64,000 nt of DNA, from positions 30,682 to 94,681 of IMG/VR virus record IMGVR_UViG_3300025430_000014. One strand, given 5' to 3'. This document shows positions 49,727 through 58,856 of this stretch, piece by piece. This DNA is from a virus. Taxonomy: Duplodnaviria > Heunggongvirae > Uroviricota > Caudoviricetes. Positions within the stretch are counted from its first letter, which is position 1, and every line of letters starts with the position of its first letter. The position numbers were made by a program, and so were the translations under genes. The notes under the pieces are model-generated. The model had not been told where the DNA came from. It did no database searches and saw nothing but the letters and a program-made list of their open reading frames with translations.

Positions 49727-52309
49727 TTATTTTTTGTTTCGTCCACTAGCATTTATCTTAGCTATCTCTATATCATCCTTGTGGTTCTTTCTTTCATTAT
49801 CTAGTTTCTCTCTTTCCACTTTTAATTTTTCCATGGCCATATTGCTCTTACTCTGTATATCCATAGTCTTCAATCTATATTCATTTGCAGCTTTAGTTTG
49901 CTCATGCATTAATCTATTGTTTTCTAGGATGTCAGGAATGGCATTGTTATTTGTATCCAAAGGAACCTTCTCAACACTTTCAGCTCTAATAGTAGCAATT
50001 TGTTCCTTGCTGATTCTATCAAGTTGTTTTTGGTATTCATCATGAGCCATTTGTTCTTCATGTTGTCTCTGGGCTTCTTGTATCTGAGCATCAGTGGCAT
50101 ACCTTTGTTGATCGATCTCTTGTTGTTTTTGTTGCATTTGTTGTTGCTGAATAGTAGATTGCTTATCTTTAAGATCCTTGAATATCTTCTTCATCTGACG
50201 TACAGAGTTAGTACTGTACAATTCAATGATGTCATATAAGCTACCACCATTCTGAATAACAGCTTGAGATAGACTTCTAATCTCAGCAAACATTTTCTGA
50301 TCTTCAGGTCTGTTAGTTAAGAACACTTTCAAGTCTCTGAACTTAAGATCATTACCATTAACAGAAACAAAAGCAGATTCACCTGCACTTGTTACATAGG
50401 ATATTGTTGATTCAGGTTTTTTACTTTCTACATATAAAGCAGCATCAATAATAGCTTGATAGAGCTGGCCTAATACATATTCATGAGCTACAAATAAAGG
50501 TTCTGTCTGTGAATAGCTTTGACTGATGGCAGTGTTTGTACCTGTAGCAGTTTCACTAGCTGCAACACTTCCAAGTCTTTGCTTAGACATACCTACCAAT
50601 TCCCAACACTCATTTTTAAGCTGCATAGCAAGCTGATAGCGAGACTGAATTTCCTGGGTACGTGTAAGGTCAATGTCCCTAAATTGATTGAAGCTAGAGG
50701 GGCTTTTTAAGTTCTCAGGGCTATCATCAATAAACATCACTCCTCTATTACGTGCTTCCATCTCCCATACATCTAATGCATCTTGTGCATCACCATCTTT
50801 AGGAATAGGAATATGCCTAATAGATGTTAAATAAACCTTACCCACTTCTTTCTCAAGTAGTTTGTAAAGCTGGTTCATACATACATTGTATAACACCTGG
50901 AAAGGCTTCATCAAATCTACCAAGCTTTTAGCTTCTGTATTCTTCACCTCATGCACCACTCCTATAATAGGACAGTAGTCTAATAGTTTGTATGGTTTAA
51001 TATTGTATATGTCTGGACCAATCTTCACTCCTTGGTACCACTGGTTAATCCATCCCCATTCTAAAGATTGTTCTGTAGGAATAGTTTTAGATTTATAGTT
51101 TTCATCTACAAGTAGAGATTGTTCATTACCTAGTTCATCTGTATATATAAGTTTACCTATCTTCTTTTTAGAAATCCAATATGCTCTCACCACCACATAC
51201 TTATAACCAAATGAAGATACATTAGATGTAAGTCCTAAGAAGTCTCTTAGTCCATCATTGTTCTCTTTCATTTCTGATTCAATCATCATCCTTGTCTGTA
51301 AAACAAGAGGATCATATGTATCATATGTTACAGAGTCTATACCTGGAGTGGCATTAGCATTACCTAAATTAGATTCACGCACATTGATTAATCCATAATC
51401 TTGTAGAGAACTTCTTAGGTGATCTATCTCATCCTTAGTTATATCAGGAAAGGTTTCAATAATCTCAGATAGCTCCATCACTTGTACAGTACCTGCAGCA
51501 TATGCTCCCTGTGCTCTACCTGTAGGATCTGATATCCATTTCTTATCTGGAGTGGTTAAGAACCAAACATTCTTAGGATTGGCCACCTCAACATTAAATC
51601 CAAGCTTTGAATTATCCTCATATATATGAAAGAACTCTCTAGAAGAAATTAATAAATCTCTAAAGGCATCTTCTGATTTCTCCTTCATTACAAACTCAGC
51701 CTTCTGAGATGTTAATACATGGTTAGCCCATTTTTCAGCAACAGATGTATATGAATCAAGTTGATCCTTTACACTATCAAGAGTCATCTGCTGAACCTGT
51801 GGATCAGTTTCATCTAACTGTTGTCCTTTTAATAAAGCTTCTATTTGTAACTTCTTCTTGGCTTCATTGATAACATAATCTTGTAATATCTGTGTCTTGA
51901 ACTCAAGCTCTTCAGATTGACTATCATCATCAAACGCTTTCACTCTAAAAGAATCTGGTCTCTTAGATATCTCACCCACTAACTCATTTAAAGGAGTGGT
52001 TACAATAGAATACATCTTTACATAAGCTGGAAGCTGAAGATCTGCTGTAAGTACGTCAGTGAAGCTTCTCACTTGTGGCTCTTGGTAAAAGTCTTCCATT
52101 CTAAGGATTCCTTTTACAAGATCATAGTTCTTAACAAATGTATCTCTATTCTTTACATATTCGGCATAAGATCTATTTGCGAAATAGTCCATGGTATTCT
52201 TTACCCAACTCTCATCTTGCTTCTCCTTATCAGTCTTAAACTGATCAGGGAATATATTCAAATAGGCATACCTAATTGTCGCATCTTTTGTATATCTTAT
52301 AATTGCCAT
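49727..52309 (-). CDS. Candidate portal protein (860 aa) with a C-terminal Gln/Glu-rich coiled-coil tail
   Basis: Directly downstream of the large terminase with a 2-nt gap; the size is typical of large podovirus portals. Confidence 0.55.
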   Translation of the reverse strand: MAIIRYTKDATIRYAYLNIFPDQFKTDKEKQDESWVKNTMDYFANRSYAEYVKNRDTFVKNYDLVKGILRMEDFYQEPQVRSFTDVLTADLQLPAYVKMYSIVTTPLNELVGEISKRPDSFRVKAFDDDSQSEELEFKTQILQDYVINEAKKKLQIEALLKGQQLDETDPQVQQMTLDSVKDQLDSYTSVAEKWANHVLTSQKAEFVMKEKSEDAFRDLLISSREFFHIYEDNSKLGFNVEVANPKNVWFLTTPDKKWISDPTGRAQGAYAAGTVQVMELSEIIETFPDITKDEIDHLRSSLQDYGLINVRESNLGNANATPGIDSVTYDTYDPLVLQTRMMIESEMKENNDGLRDFLGLTSNVSSFGYKYVVVRAYWISKKKIGKLIYTDELGNEQSLLVDENYKSKTIPTEQSLEWGWINQWYQGVKIGPDIYNIKPYKLLDYCPIIGVVHEVKNTEAKSLVDLMKPFQVLYNVCMNQLYKLLEKEVGKVYLTSIRHIPIPKDGDAQDALDVWEMEARNRGVMFIDDSPENLKSPSSFNQFRDIDLTRTQEIQSRYQLAMQLKNECWELVGMSKQRLGSVAASETATGTNTAISQSYSQTEPLFVAHEYVLGQLYQAIIDAALYVESKKPESTISYVTSAGESAFVSVNGNDLKFRDLKVFLTNRPEDQKMFAEIRSLSQAVIQNGGSLYDIIELYSTNSVRQMKKIFKDLKDKQSTIQQQQMQQKQQEIDQQRYATDAQIQEAQRQHEEQMAHDEYQKQLDRISKEQIATIRAESVEKVPLDTNNNAIPDILENNRLMHEQTKAANEYRLKTMDIQSKSNMAMEKLKVEREKLDNERKNHKDDIEIAKINASGRNKK

Positions 52310-52311
52310 TA

Positions 52312-54342
52312 TTAAAACAATTTACTTTTATAGTTTCTAGGACGTGATTTAAACATCCCTCTTGATTCTGTGAATAACATGTTACCATTTTTCTTAAGAA
52401 ACATAGATGCCACCCTTTCATCAGACGATCCTCCAACCTTTCCAAGGATGGGATCCATCTTAAGTGCCTGGGCAATAGCTAGTTCTGCAGCAATGATTCT
52501 ATCAAAGTTACCTTGATCATTGTATTGAATAATCTCTTCAAGGAGTACAGGATCAAATATCTTACTCACCCCATACACTTCTTTAATAGTTTCTCCTGCA
52601 TCATTTGTTTCTTTGTATACAGTGCCTTCTAAATACTTCTTTAAGCAGGTGTGAAGATACTCAATTATCTTATCACTTGAACGATGTATACCATAATCTC
52701 TTTTAACAGTGGTATTTGGTACTATCTCCTTTAACCATTGTGGTTGTTTCTCTAGATAATGAGCATCACCTTTTGCTTTCATATACTCTATAAAAGATAT
52801 ATCATCATTCTCACAGAGTGTTCTAGCATTGTAATACTTAATAAGTAGACGAGCTTGTTCTTCCCATGTATCTTTCTTATCAGGTCTAGCTGAATAGGAA
52901 GCAACAAACATATCTTGATATTTCTCACCTGTCAAATCATGCATACGTTTATATATGTATACAGATCCTAGAGATGAGCTATATGCAGATTTACCCTGTC
53001 TGTAGGGATCCACTCCTGCTGTGTACAGTCCATATGGAGGATTTTCTACAGGGAATTCATATATAATTATAGGAGCATCCTTTGAGTCACTGTTCTTTAA
53101 AGGGAAGTTTGTAATAGGAAGTTTGTCTGTAAACTCATGTTTAATCCCTGTATCATCAGTGTATAATATTACAGGAATCCCTGTTCTCTCTTGTTGTAAC
53201 AGTCTGGTTTTCTGTCTCTTAGCTCCTTCAATCTCAAATATATTAGTATCTTCATTTAAGAATATATCATCCACATCAAATGGATAGTACATCTTTTCTT
53301 TTAAATAGGCTATTCTATCACCAGCTTTCTTAAGTCTGTCTAGGTTCTTTGTAGTTATTTCATTGGCCTTCTCTTCATTACTCACTAACATCTTTATATT
53401 ATGTAAGTCACTAGAGGTAGGTTGATCTAAATAGGCACCTAACGTACTATCTTCCTTGGCTTCCATTCTATATTTATTAGAAATGAATAGTCCATGGATC
53501 CTTTTATCATCATTATTGTTATTGTATTCTAGGAAATTGAAGTTGGCTACATCGAACATTAAGCTCTTTGCATCCATAAATTTCTTCATATCACCCCCAG
53601 TACCAGTAAGAATTGGAGAACATCCCCAACCATAAGGAGTTGTAAACCCTGGAATAGCAGCTTGTAAGCCTCTAAGAAAATTCCCTTTACCAATCTCATC
53701 TATAATAAGTTTACGTGGTTTTGTACCTGCAATTGCTTCTTCATTATTACCCTCATCTAAGTTACGTATTAGAATAGAAGAGAAGGGTATACGCTCTCCT
53801 GATTTAGTTTTAATACCAAGAGTCACCTGGTTTTTCCAGTTATCCTCAATCCTTTGCCACCTCCAATACTCAGGAATAAACCCAAGTCCCTTATCTATCT
53901 TATCTGTAATCAGTTTAATATCTGGTGCATTCAAACCAGCAATAATGTTTTGGGAGTTCTCATCAAACGTAGCTCCCCATGCTATATAAGATGCCTCAAG
54001 AACGGATTTAGCAAAACGTCTAATACCTAGAATAATTAAACCTTTTTTGTCTATTTGAGCTTTATCAATTTCGTTCGTCACAATCCATTCATTGTCCCTT
54101 AACAAAGGGTTGGCATACTTTTGACTTATTCTTCCCCTATCATCTATAACATCCACCTCAGTGTGCCAGATGTTTAGGTGCCAATACAAAAAGGGGTTAA
54201 TATACACCCCATTCATCATTGCACCATTTAAGGCTATGTCTTTATGAAAATCAAAGAAAGGTTTACACTCTTCGCTATCCTTATCAGGAATGCGTTTCTG
54301 ATTTATGAACCAATCCTTATAGTCTATACTTTTGATTTCCAT
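52312..54342 (-). CDS. terL: Terminase large subunit (676 aa)
   Basis: Deviant Walker A LIILGIRRFAKS, Walker B KLIIDEIGKG, and a C-terminal nuclease-like region with conserved Asp (GVDPYRQG). Followed by the portal. Confidence 0.75.
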   Translation of the reverse strand: MEIKSIDYKDWFINQKRIPDKDSEECKPFFDFHKDIALNGAMMNGVYINPFLYWHLNIWHTEVDVIDDRGRISQKYANPLLRDNEWIVTNEIDKAQIDKKGLIILGIRRFAKSVLEASYIAWGATFDENSQNIIAGLNAPDIKLITDKIDKGLGFIPEYWRWQRIEDNWKNQVTLGIKTKSGERIPFSSILIRNLDEGNNEEAIAGTKPRKLIIDEIGKGNFLRGLQAAIPGFTTPYGWGCSPILTGTGGDMKKFMDAKSLMFDVANFNFLEYNNNNDDKRIHGLFISNKYRMEAKEDSTLGAYLDQPTSSDLHNIKMLVSNEEKANEITTKNLDRLKKAGDRIAYLKEKMYYPFDVDDIFLNEDTNIFEIEGAKRQKTRLLQQERTGIPVILYTDDTGIKHEFTDKLPITNFPLKNSDSKDAPIIIYEFPVENPPYGLYTAGVDPYRQGKSAYSSSLGSVYIYKRMHDLTGEKYQDMFVASYSARPDKKDTWEEQARLLIKYYNARTLCENDDISFIEYMKAKGDAHYLEKQPQWLKEIVPNTTVKRDYGIHRSSDKIIEYLHTCLKKYLEGTVYKETNDAGETIKEVYGVSKIFDPVLLEEIIQYNDQGNFDRIIAAELAIAQALKMDPILGKVGGSSDERVASMFLKKNGNMLFTESRGMFKSRPRNYKSKLF

Positions 54343-54674
54343 TACTTTCTTGTCTTTAAGAACTCTTCAGCTTGTCCACCTAAGTTTCCTTTACCTCTAA
54401 TCTCCACCTTAGCTTCTTCCATACTTCTTAGCTTATCTACCACTTCCACTAGGGCTAAATAGTTCTTCATTGTCTCTTGTACAAACTTACCTTGAGCTTC
54501 AATGCTGGCAATCACCATAGGTAACATGCCTCCTTTAGCTGTAGGCTTCCATTCAATTCTATCCTTAAGTTCATGTAAGGGATTTGCATTTACATAAGCT
54601 TTCCAGGAGATGAGTTGTTGCTCAGCCCATTCAAGCTCTGTATTTATATATGTAGTTTTTTTAATAGTCGCCAT
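54342..54674 (-). CDS. Small protein (110 aa) immediately upstream of terL. Possible small terminase subunit or packaging accessory
   Basis: Position only; its stop overlaps the terL start. Confidence 0.3.
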   Translation of the reverse strand: MATIKKTTYINTELEWAEQQLISWKAYVNANPLHELKDRIEWKPTAKGGMLPMVIASIEAQGKFVQETMKNYLALVEVVDKLRSMEEAKVEIRGKGNLGGQAEEFLKTRK

Positions 54675-54939
54675 CTTCTTCTTCCTCTTCGTTTAATATG
54701 TTATCAAGGTCCATACCTTCTTTAACTATCTTATCTATTTCAGAATCATCAGCATGTTGAACATCTAGATCTAATTGACTCTTATACTTACTTAAAGCAA
54801 ATACCATTTCCTTGTCTGTCATTCCCCATACATCTCCATACTCATCTAGAGCTGTAGATATATGCCTTCCCATATTGTAGGAAGGGAAGTTCTTATGTAG
54901 CTCCTCAAGAATAAGTATTATATTGTTATAATTACTCAT
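54661..54939 (-). CDS. Small acidic protein (92 aa)
   Basis: Complete ORF. Confidence 0.5.
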   Translation of the reverse strand: MSNYNNIILILEELHKNFPSYNMGRHISTALDEYGDVWGMTDKEMVFALSKYKSQLDLDVQHADDSEIDKIVKEGMDLDNILNEEEEEDGDY

Positions 54940-54940
54940 T

Positions 54941-55123
54941 TTAGTTAGTTATAATACCAGCTTGTGTAGCTGATAATTTGATTAAGCTAGGAGATATCAC
55001 ATTGTTTAAAAGGTTGGTTATCTGCGTATTAGCTATAATTTTTACATCATCTGATACACCTTCTGTAGTACATAGAGCAGCAAGCTTCTCTATTACAATC
55101 CATGATTCTATTACTGGGTTCAT
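54941..55123 (-). CDS. Small protein (60 aa)
   Basis: Complete ORF, ATG 55123. Confidence 0.45.
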   Translation of the reverse strand: MNPVIESWIVIEKLAALCTTEGVSDDVKIIANTQITNLLNNVISPSLIKLSATQAGIITN

Positions 55124-55416
55124 ATTAATTGGTTTAAATCTTCGTCTGTTAATGGTTTTTCTTCTACTATCTCTTCTTCCTCCTCCTCATAATCTTCATC
55201 CTCTTCCTCTTCATCCTCTTCTTCTTGTTCTTCTTTCATGGCTTTTGCAGCCTCCTTATTCATATATTCTATTCCATATTCTATTTGCATCTTATCCTGT
55301 ATCTCACCTTTCTCTGCTACAATATCTATAAAATCTACACCACCATTATATAATGACACTAATGCTGCTATCAGCTTGTGAAGTGGTATCTTCTTTATAA
55401 CAGTTTCATCACTCAT
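55120..55416 (-). CDS. Small poly-acidic protein (98 aa; EEQEEEDEEEEDEDYEEEEEE)
   Basis: Complete ORF. Confidence 0.55.
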   Translation of the reverse strand: MSDETVIKKIPLHKLIAALVSLYNGGVDFIDIVAEKGEIQDKMQIEYGIEYMNKEAAKAMKEEQEEEDEEEEDEDYEEEEEEIVEEKPLTDEDLNQLI

Positions 55417-55705
55417 TTTTTATAGCAGTTTTAAGTTCATCTTCCTTATCACCATCTATCAAGGCTACCCATTTCTTTATTGGGCAATCACAAGAGAGAC
55501 ATTTTGTTTTAGCAGATAGTGTACATCCGCAATTTGTACAATGGTCATCGAGTCTTAATGTCTTATGATGCTTGGAATGGAACTCACATTGTTCACAAAT
55601 GGCAGTTCTTTCCTTGCTGATTTTACTAATTAAAGGCCTGAGTTCTTTGGCTGGAAGGAGGTTGTTCTTCCATCCTTCGTACACCTGTGAGAAATCAATC
55701 TTCAT
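55409..55705 (-). CDS. Small Cys-rich zinc-finger protein (98 aa; CEQCEFH...HCTNCGC...CLSCDCP)
   Basis: Multiple CxxC pairs. Confidence 0.55.
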   Translation of the reverse strand: MKIDFSQVYEGWKNNLLPAKELRPLISKISKERTAICEQCEFHSKHHKTLRLDDHCTNCGCTLSAKTKCLSCDCPIKKWVALIDGDKEDELKTAIKNE

Positions 55706-56048
55706 ATTTAGTTCTAAGTTTAAGTTGGTTTATACTTATCAATGTCTTTTCAAGTGTGACATTTGCACTTCTTTTCTTTTGTTCTGTAGTTTGATCACTA
55801 GCAATAATCTTCTCCATTGCTTCTTTCTTCACAATCAACGTCTGTATCTTCTTTAGAGCTTTCTTATTATTAAAGAACAACTTACCAAACCCTGATATCT
55901 CCAAACTGTCATTTAAATCCATTGCCTGATTGGCAGATTGAAACTGATGGTTCACTACAGCCTCTATTGTCTTTTCACTTGTTAACATCTTCACTGCCAG
56001 GATTCTAATAAGATAGTCCTTGACAGACATACTCACTGGCTTATCCAT
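55695..56048 (-). CDS. HU/IHF-like (DNABII) DNA-binding protein (117 aa)
   Basis: SVKDYLIRILAVKMLTSEKTIEAVVNHQF...DSLEISGFGKLFFNNKKA matches the HU pattern including the GFG arm. Confidence 0.6.
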   Translation of the reverse strand: MDKPVSMSVKDYLIRILAVKMLTSEKTIEAVVNHQFQSANQAMDLNDSLEISGFGKLFFNNKKALKKIQTLIVKKEAMEKIIASDQTTEQKKRSANVTLEKTLISINQLKLRTKYED

Positions 56049-56397
56049 GACTTATAGTTATTTGTAACACAATATTATTATCAAAGTTTAATAGAATAAC
56101 TGGGTTCACCTTTATCTTCGTTCCATCCTTCACGAGAATACCAAGCTTCTTAAGCTTAGAAATCATGTTATTAATTGTAGGAGTGGAGCTATTATGTTTG
56201 TTACAAAACTCCTCCCGTATATTAGCATAACTTATATTCCCCTTAATAGCAGCAAAGGCTATAAGCTGTATTTCCCTTTGTGTAAGCTTTAAATCATTTA
56301 AGGCTGACAACAATGTATAATACTTCTCTGCACAGGAATAATTATCCCCTACAGGTTTCTTAAGCTTTTGAACTACTATCTTCTTATTGGTTTCCAT
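56041..56397 (-). CDS. Winged-helix (MarR/PadR-like) transcriptional regulator, first gene of the minus-strand operon (118 aa)
   Basis: LTQREIQLIAFAAIKGNISYANIREEF...INNMISKLKKLGIL resembles a wHTH. Confidence 0.45.
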   Translation of the reverse strand: METNKKIVVQKLKKPVGDNYSCAEKYYTLLSALNDLKLTQREIQLIAFAAIKGNISYANIREEFCNKHNSSTPTINNMISKLKKLGILVKDGTKIKVNPVILLNFDNNIVLQITISHG

Positions 56398-56409
56398 AAT
56401 TAGTTAGAG

Positions 56410-56417
56410 CAAAGATA
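56410..56417 (-). promoter_or_regulatory. Candidate Bacteroidota sigma-A -7 element (TAnnTTTG: TATCTTTG) ~12 nt upstream of the regulator gene ATG
   Basis: Minus-strand sequence tatatctttgctctaactaattATG. Confidence 0.3.
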
Positions 56418-56850
56418 TACATTATATACATACCCACAAATAACTATATTGGTTATTTAAAATATCTAATGCTATATTATGCACTATTTCTATAGAACAA
56501 GATATAAATGTTAACAATCAACATACCTATTCTGAACTCTTTTTCCTGTCCTCCATCCTGTAGAGTGTATGTCCTATTAGATATTCCTAGCTCAAAATCA
56601 AAAGCTGAAAGACTAATAAGCTCAATACCCATTTCCACTTCCTCAGAACCTGTCCATGCCTTAGCAATAGCAAACAGAAGAAACACAACAATAATAACAT
56701 ATATCATATACATAGAATTTAGTTAATACTAACCCACCCAACCACCCCAAAGGTAGTGGTAAAAATAAATACCAACCAAATTTATTTTTTATATGCTTTA
56801 AGATATAATTTGTCATTAAAGGCACAAATTATATCTTAATGCGTATAATA

Positions 56851-56935
56851 TGACACATTATGTAAACCTATAGCTTGACAATATGTAAAGAAAAGTAAAG
56901 CTATTGATTGACAAATGTTCCATGTGAAACATTTT
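56851..56935. promoter_or_regulatory. Three to four repeated ACA-N2-3-TGT / TTGACA-like boxes in the divergent intergenic region; candidate operators for the adjacent wHTH/HU proteins
   Basis: tgacacattatgtaaa (56851-66), ttgacaatatgtaaag (56875-90), ttgacaaatgtt (56908-19), atgtgaaacat (56921-31), plus a GTAAAG direct repeat. Confidence 0.45.
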
Positions 56936-57024
56936 ACAAAATTTTTTTCTAAACCCCCTACCCCCTATATCAAAGGGAGATGAGGCTACTTCCAGCCACA
57001 ACCCCTCCACATGTTGCCAGGGTT

Positions 57025-57037
57025 GGGGGTATCCCCC
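57025..57037 (+). promoter_or_regulatory. GGGGG-TAT-CCCCC hairpin 38 nt upstream of the first plus-strand gene, next to C5-TA-C5 at 56954-56966
   Basis: Unusual G/C runs in an AT-rich genome; related to the ccaggggttgcctggggg element at 46120. Confidence 0.4.
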
Positions 57038-57074
57038 ATTCGATATAACCTGATAAAAATCAAAATCTAAAATC

Positions 57075-57461
57075 ATGAAAAAAGAAATTAAAGGTAGAGA
57101 CGTACTAAAGATCAAGTTAATCTCTAAAGGCAAAGCTTACCAAGTTGAAGAAGGTCATTCTTTCTACGGTCAAACGTTCAATACTTATCAGTATAATGGT
57201 ACTGCGTTCACTGTTAATAGTAATGATGAGTTTGCTCAATGGAAAGATAACGCTAAATTATATAGTGTTACGTTCGATGAAGGAACTCGTGATAGAGAAA
57301 TCAATGGTGAACTAGTTAAGGTGCAAACTTTACAATTGGCTAGCTGTACTAATATTGACCAAGAAATCTCTATGGCTCAAACTGAAAAGACTTTAAGTGA
57401 TATCTTTAAAGATGAACCTGCAGAAAAGGTTAGTGAATCTTTATTGAATGCTCTTAGTTAA
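57075..57461 (+). CDS. First early-region protein (128 aa), unknown
   Basis: Complete ORF followed by a strong terminator. Confidence 0.65.
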   Translation: MKKEIKGRDVLKIKLISKGKAYQVEEGHSFYGQTFNTYQYNGTAFTVNSNDEFAQWKDNAKLYSVTFDEGTRDREINGELVKVQTLQLASCTNIDQEISMAQTEKTLSDIFKDEPAEKVSESLLNALS

Positions 57462-57468
57462 TGTAAGT

Positions 57469-57505
57469 AAAGGCTCTCTGTTAATTCAGGGAGCCTTTAT
57501 TTCAT
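57469..57505 (+). terminator. Rho-independent terminator
   Basis: aaaggctctctg-ttaattc-cagggagccttt (12-bp stem with one G-U) followed by atttcat. Confidence 0.65.
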
Positions 57506-57511
57506 ATATAA

Positions 57512-57541
57512 GGGTGGGAAAGAATAGCTTCTTTGGGTGGG
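57512..57541. promoter_or_regulatory. GGGTGGG direct repeats flanking the small palindrome aaagaa-tagc-ttcttt
   Basis: agGGTGGGaaagaatagcttctttGGGTGGGcat. Confidence 0.35.
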
Positions 57542-57629
57542 CATATATGCACAACAGCATTAAACCAGCAGAAACCTGCAACTATTAAACTTTTCTATTA
57601 GGAGAAAATAAACTTTTGTAGTGTATTTA

Positions 57630-57700
57630 TGCAGGAATGTGCAGGTATTAGCATAAATGTTGCAGGAATGTAGAATAAATCCTGCAGGTTTATGAGTGTA
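57630..57700. promoter_or_regulatory. Cluster of TGCAGGAATGT direct repeats (x2) plus two TGCAGGT copies, the second within an ATAAA-t-CCTGCAGG-TTTAT imperfect inverted repeat
   Basis: Copies at 57630-40 and 57661-71. The CCTGCAGG perfect 8-bp palindrome is at 57682-89. Confidence 0.4.
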
Positions 57701-57968
57701 AATGAGGTGGTGTGAGACCCCTCAAGCTCTAAGACATACAATTTACATAGTGTAAAAACCAAGCTACAAGGGAAATATATAGCATTAAACCATAACAACA
57801 TGACAATTACATACTATGACACACTGCTTAATAAAACAGTTAGTATAATAGCAAAAGATATACAACGTAAAAAAAAGTATGATAAAGAGTATATTTATTG
57901 TTATTTAAGATGTAATGGTTATTGTAATGTTCATCCTACATATAAACTAACTATTAAACGATAATTAT

Positions 57969-58247
57969 ATGAAAATAGAACTAATATACAATATAAACAA
58001 TTTTTGTGTAGGATACACTATACTTCCTGATAATGATGATGATAAATCTGTTATTAGGGAGATAATAGACTTACATTACTTTTTTGAGCCTATAGAATAT
58101 CAAGACAAAGGAGAAGATTGTATATGGGATAATTTAGGTGTAGTTGGTGTTAATAGAGCTCATAGTGATAAATCCATTACAACATTCACTATGATAGATG
58201 AATCTTTATCTTCTGATATATTATATGAGGATGAGGATGATGAATAA
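57969..58247 (+). CDS. Small acidic early protein (92 aa), paralog of 58857..59129
   Basis: MKIELIYNINNFCVGYTILPDNDDDKSVIREIIDLHYFFEP aligns with MKLELIKNDNNQLSGYKIIRETSDELDTIEIIRDMYFWGH. Confidence 0.65.
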   Translation: MKIELIYNINNFCVGYTILPDNDDDKSVIREIIDLHYFFEPIEYQDKGEDCIWDNLGVVGVNRAHSDKSITTFTMIDESLSSDILYEDEDDE

Positions 58248-58588
58248 TGTACCATTTCTATGTGGATATGAAGACTTCTTACTTAGGCCAATATTAAGTA
58301 GATGTGAAACCACCTGATCGAAACCTGAGAAAGTCAGCCACTATTGGTTACTGTAGATGATTATAGAAATATAGTCGTAGGTAGGAAAACTGATCAAGTG
58401 TAAGATAGTAAATCAGCTCCCAAGGATAGACAAATAGTGCTCAGGACTCTGTAGAAATACAATGTAATTGCTCTGATTAAATGTACATGAACAGCTATTT
58501 GAGTACAGAGGGATTTGTTGCACATGAATACAATAGAATATATAGCTGAGGCAACATTAAGCTATATATTCGCTTTAATCATTATATT

Positions 58589-58765
58589 ATGAATAAATTA
58601 GAAAGAAACGTAGCTCAACACAAATCTACACCACCTAAGATGAAGAATAGTAGAGAGTTTGTTATGGAATGGTCATCAGGAGAGTCTAGACTAGCTAGAA
58701 GGATTAAAGCTGGTAAATCTAATGGTGATAAACTAAAGAGAAACTCACCTTATATAACTAAATAA
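58589..58765 (+). CDS. Possible small basic protein (58 aa; MNKLERNVAQHKSTPPKMKNSREFVMEWSSGESRLARRIKAGKSNGDKLKRNSPYITK)
   Basis: Hand-translated; below the track cutoff. Confidence 0.3.
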   Translation: MNKLERNVAQHKSTPPKMKNSREFVMEWSSGESRLARRIKAGKSNGDKLKRNSPYITK

Positions 58766-58856
58766 TATATATATCTCTGTCATTAGCCTTTAGCGTTTAC
58801 CAAAGGCGATATATATTACACAACACATTATTAATCAACCATTTAACACACATAAC

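Noticed and set aside
54978-55331. 117-aa plus ORF (LLPPPHNLHPLPLHPLLL)
   Set aside because: Antisense to the poly-acidic gene (GAA/GAG runs read as CTC/TTC); artefactual
56477-57133. ORFs 56477..56713 (-), 56508..56726 (+) and 56858..57133 (-) in the divergent intergenic region
   Set aside because: They overlap each other and the repeat/promoter elements. Hydrophobic low-complexity translations; the region is better explained as regulatory DNA
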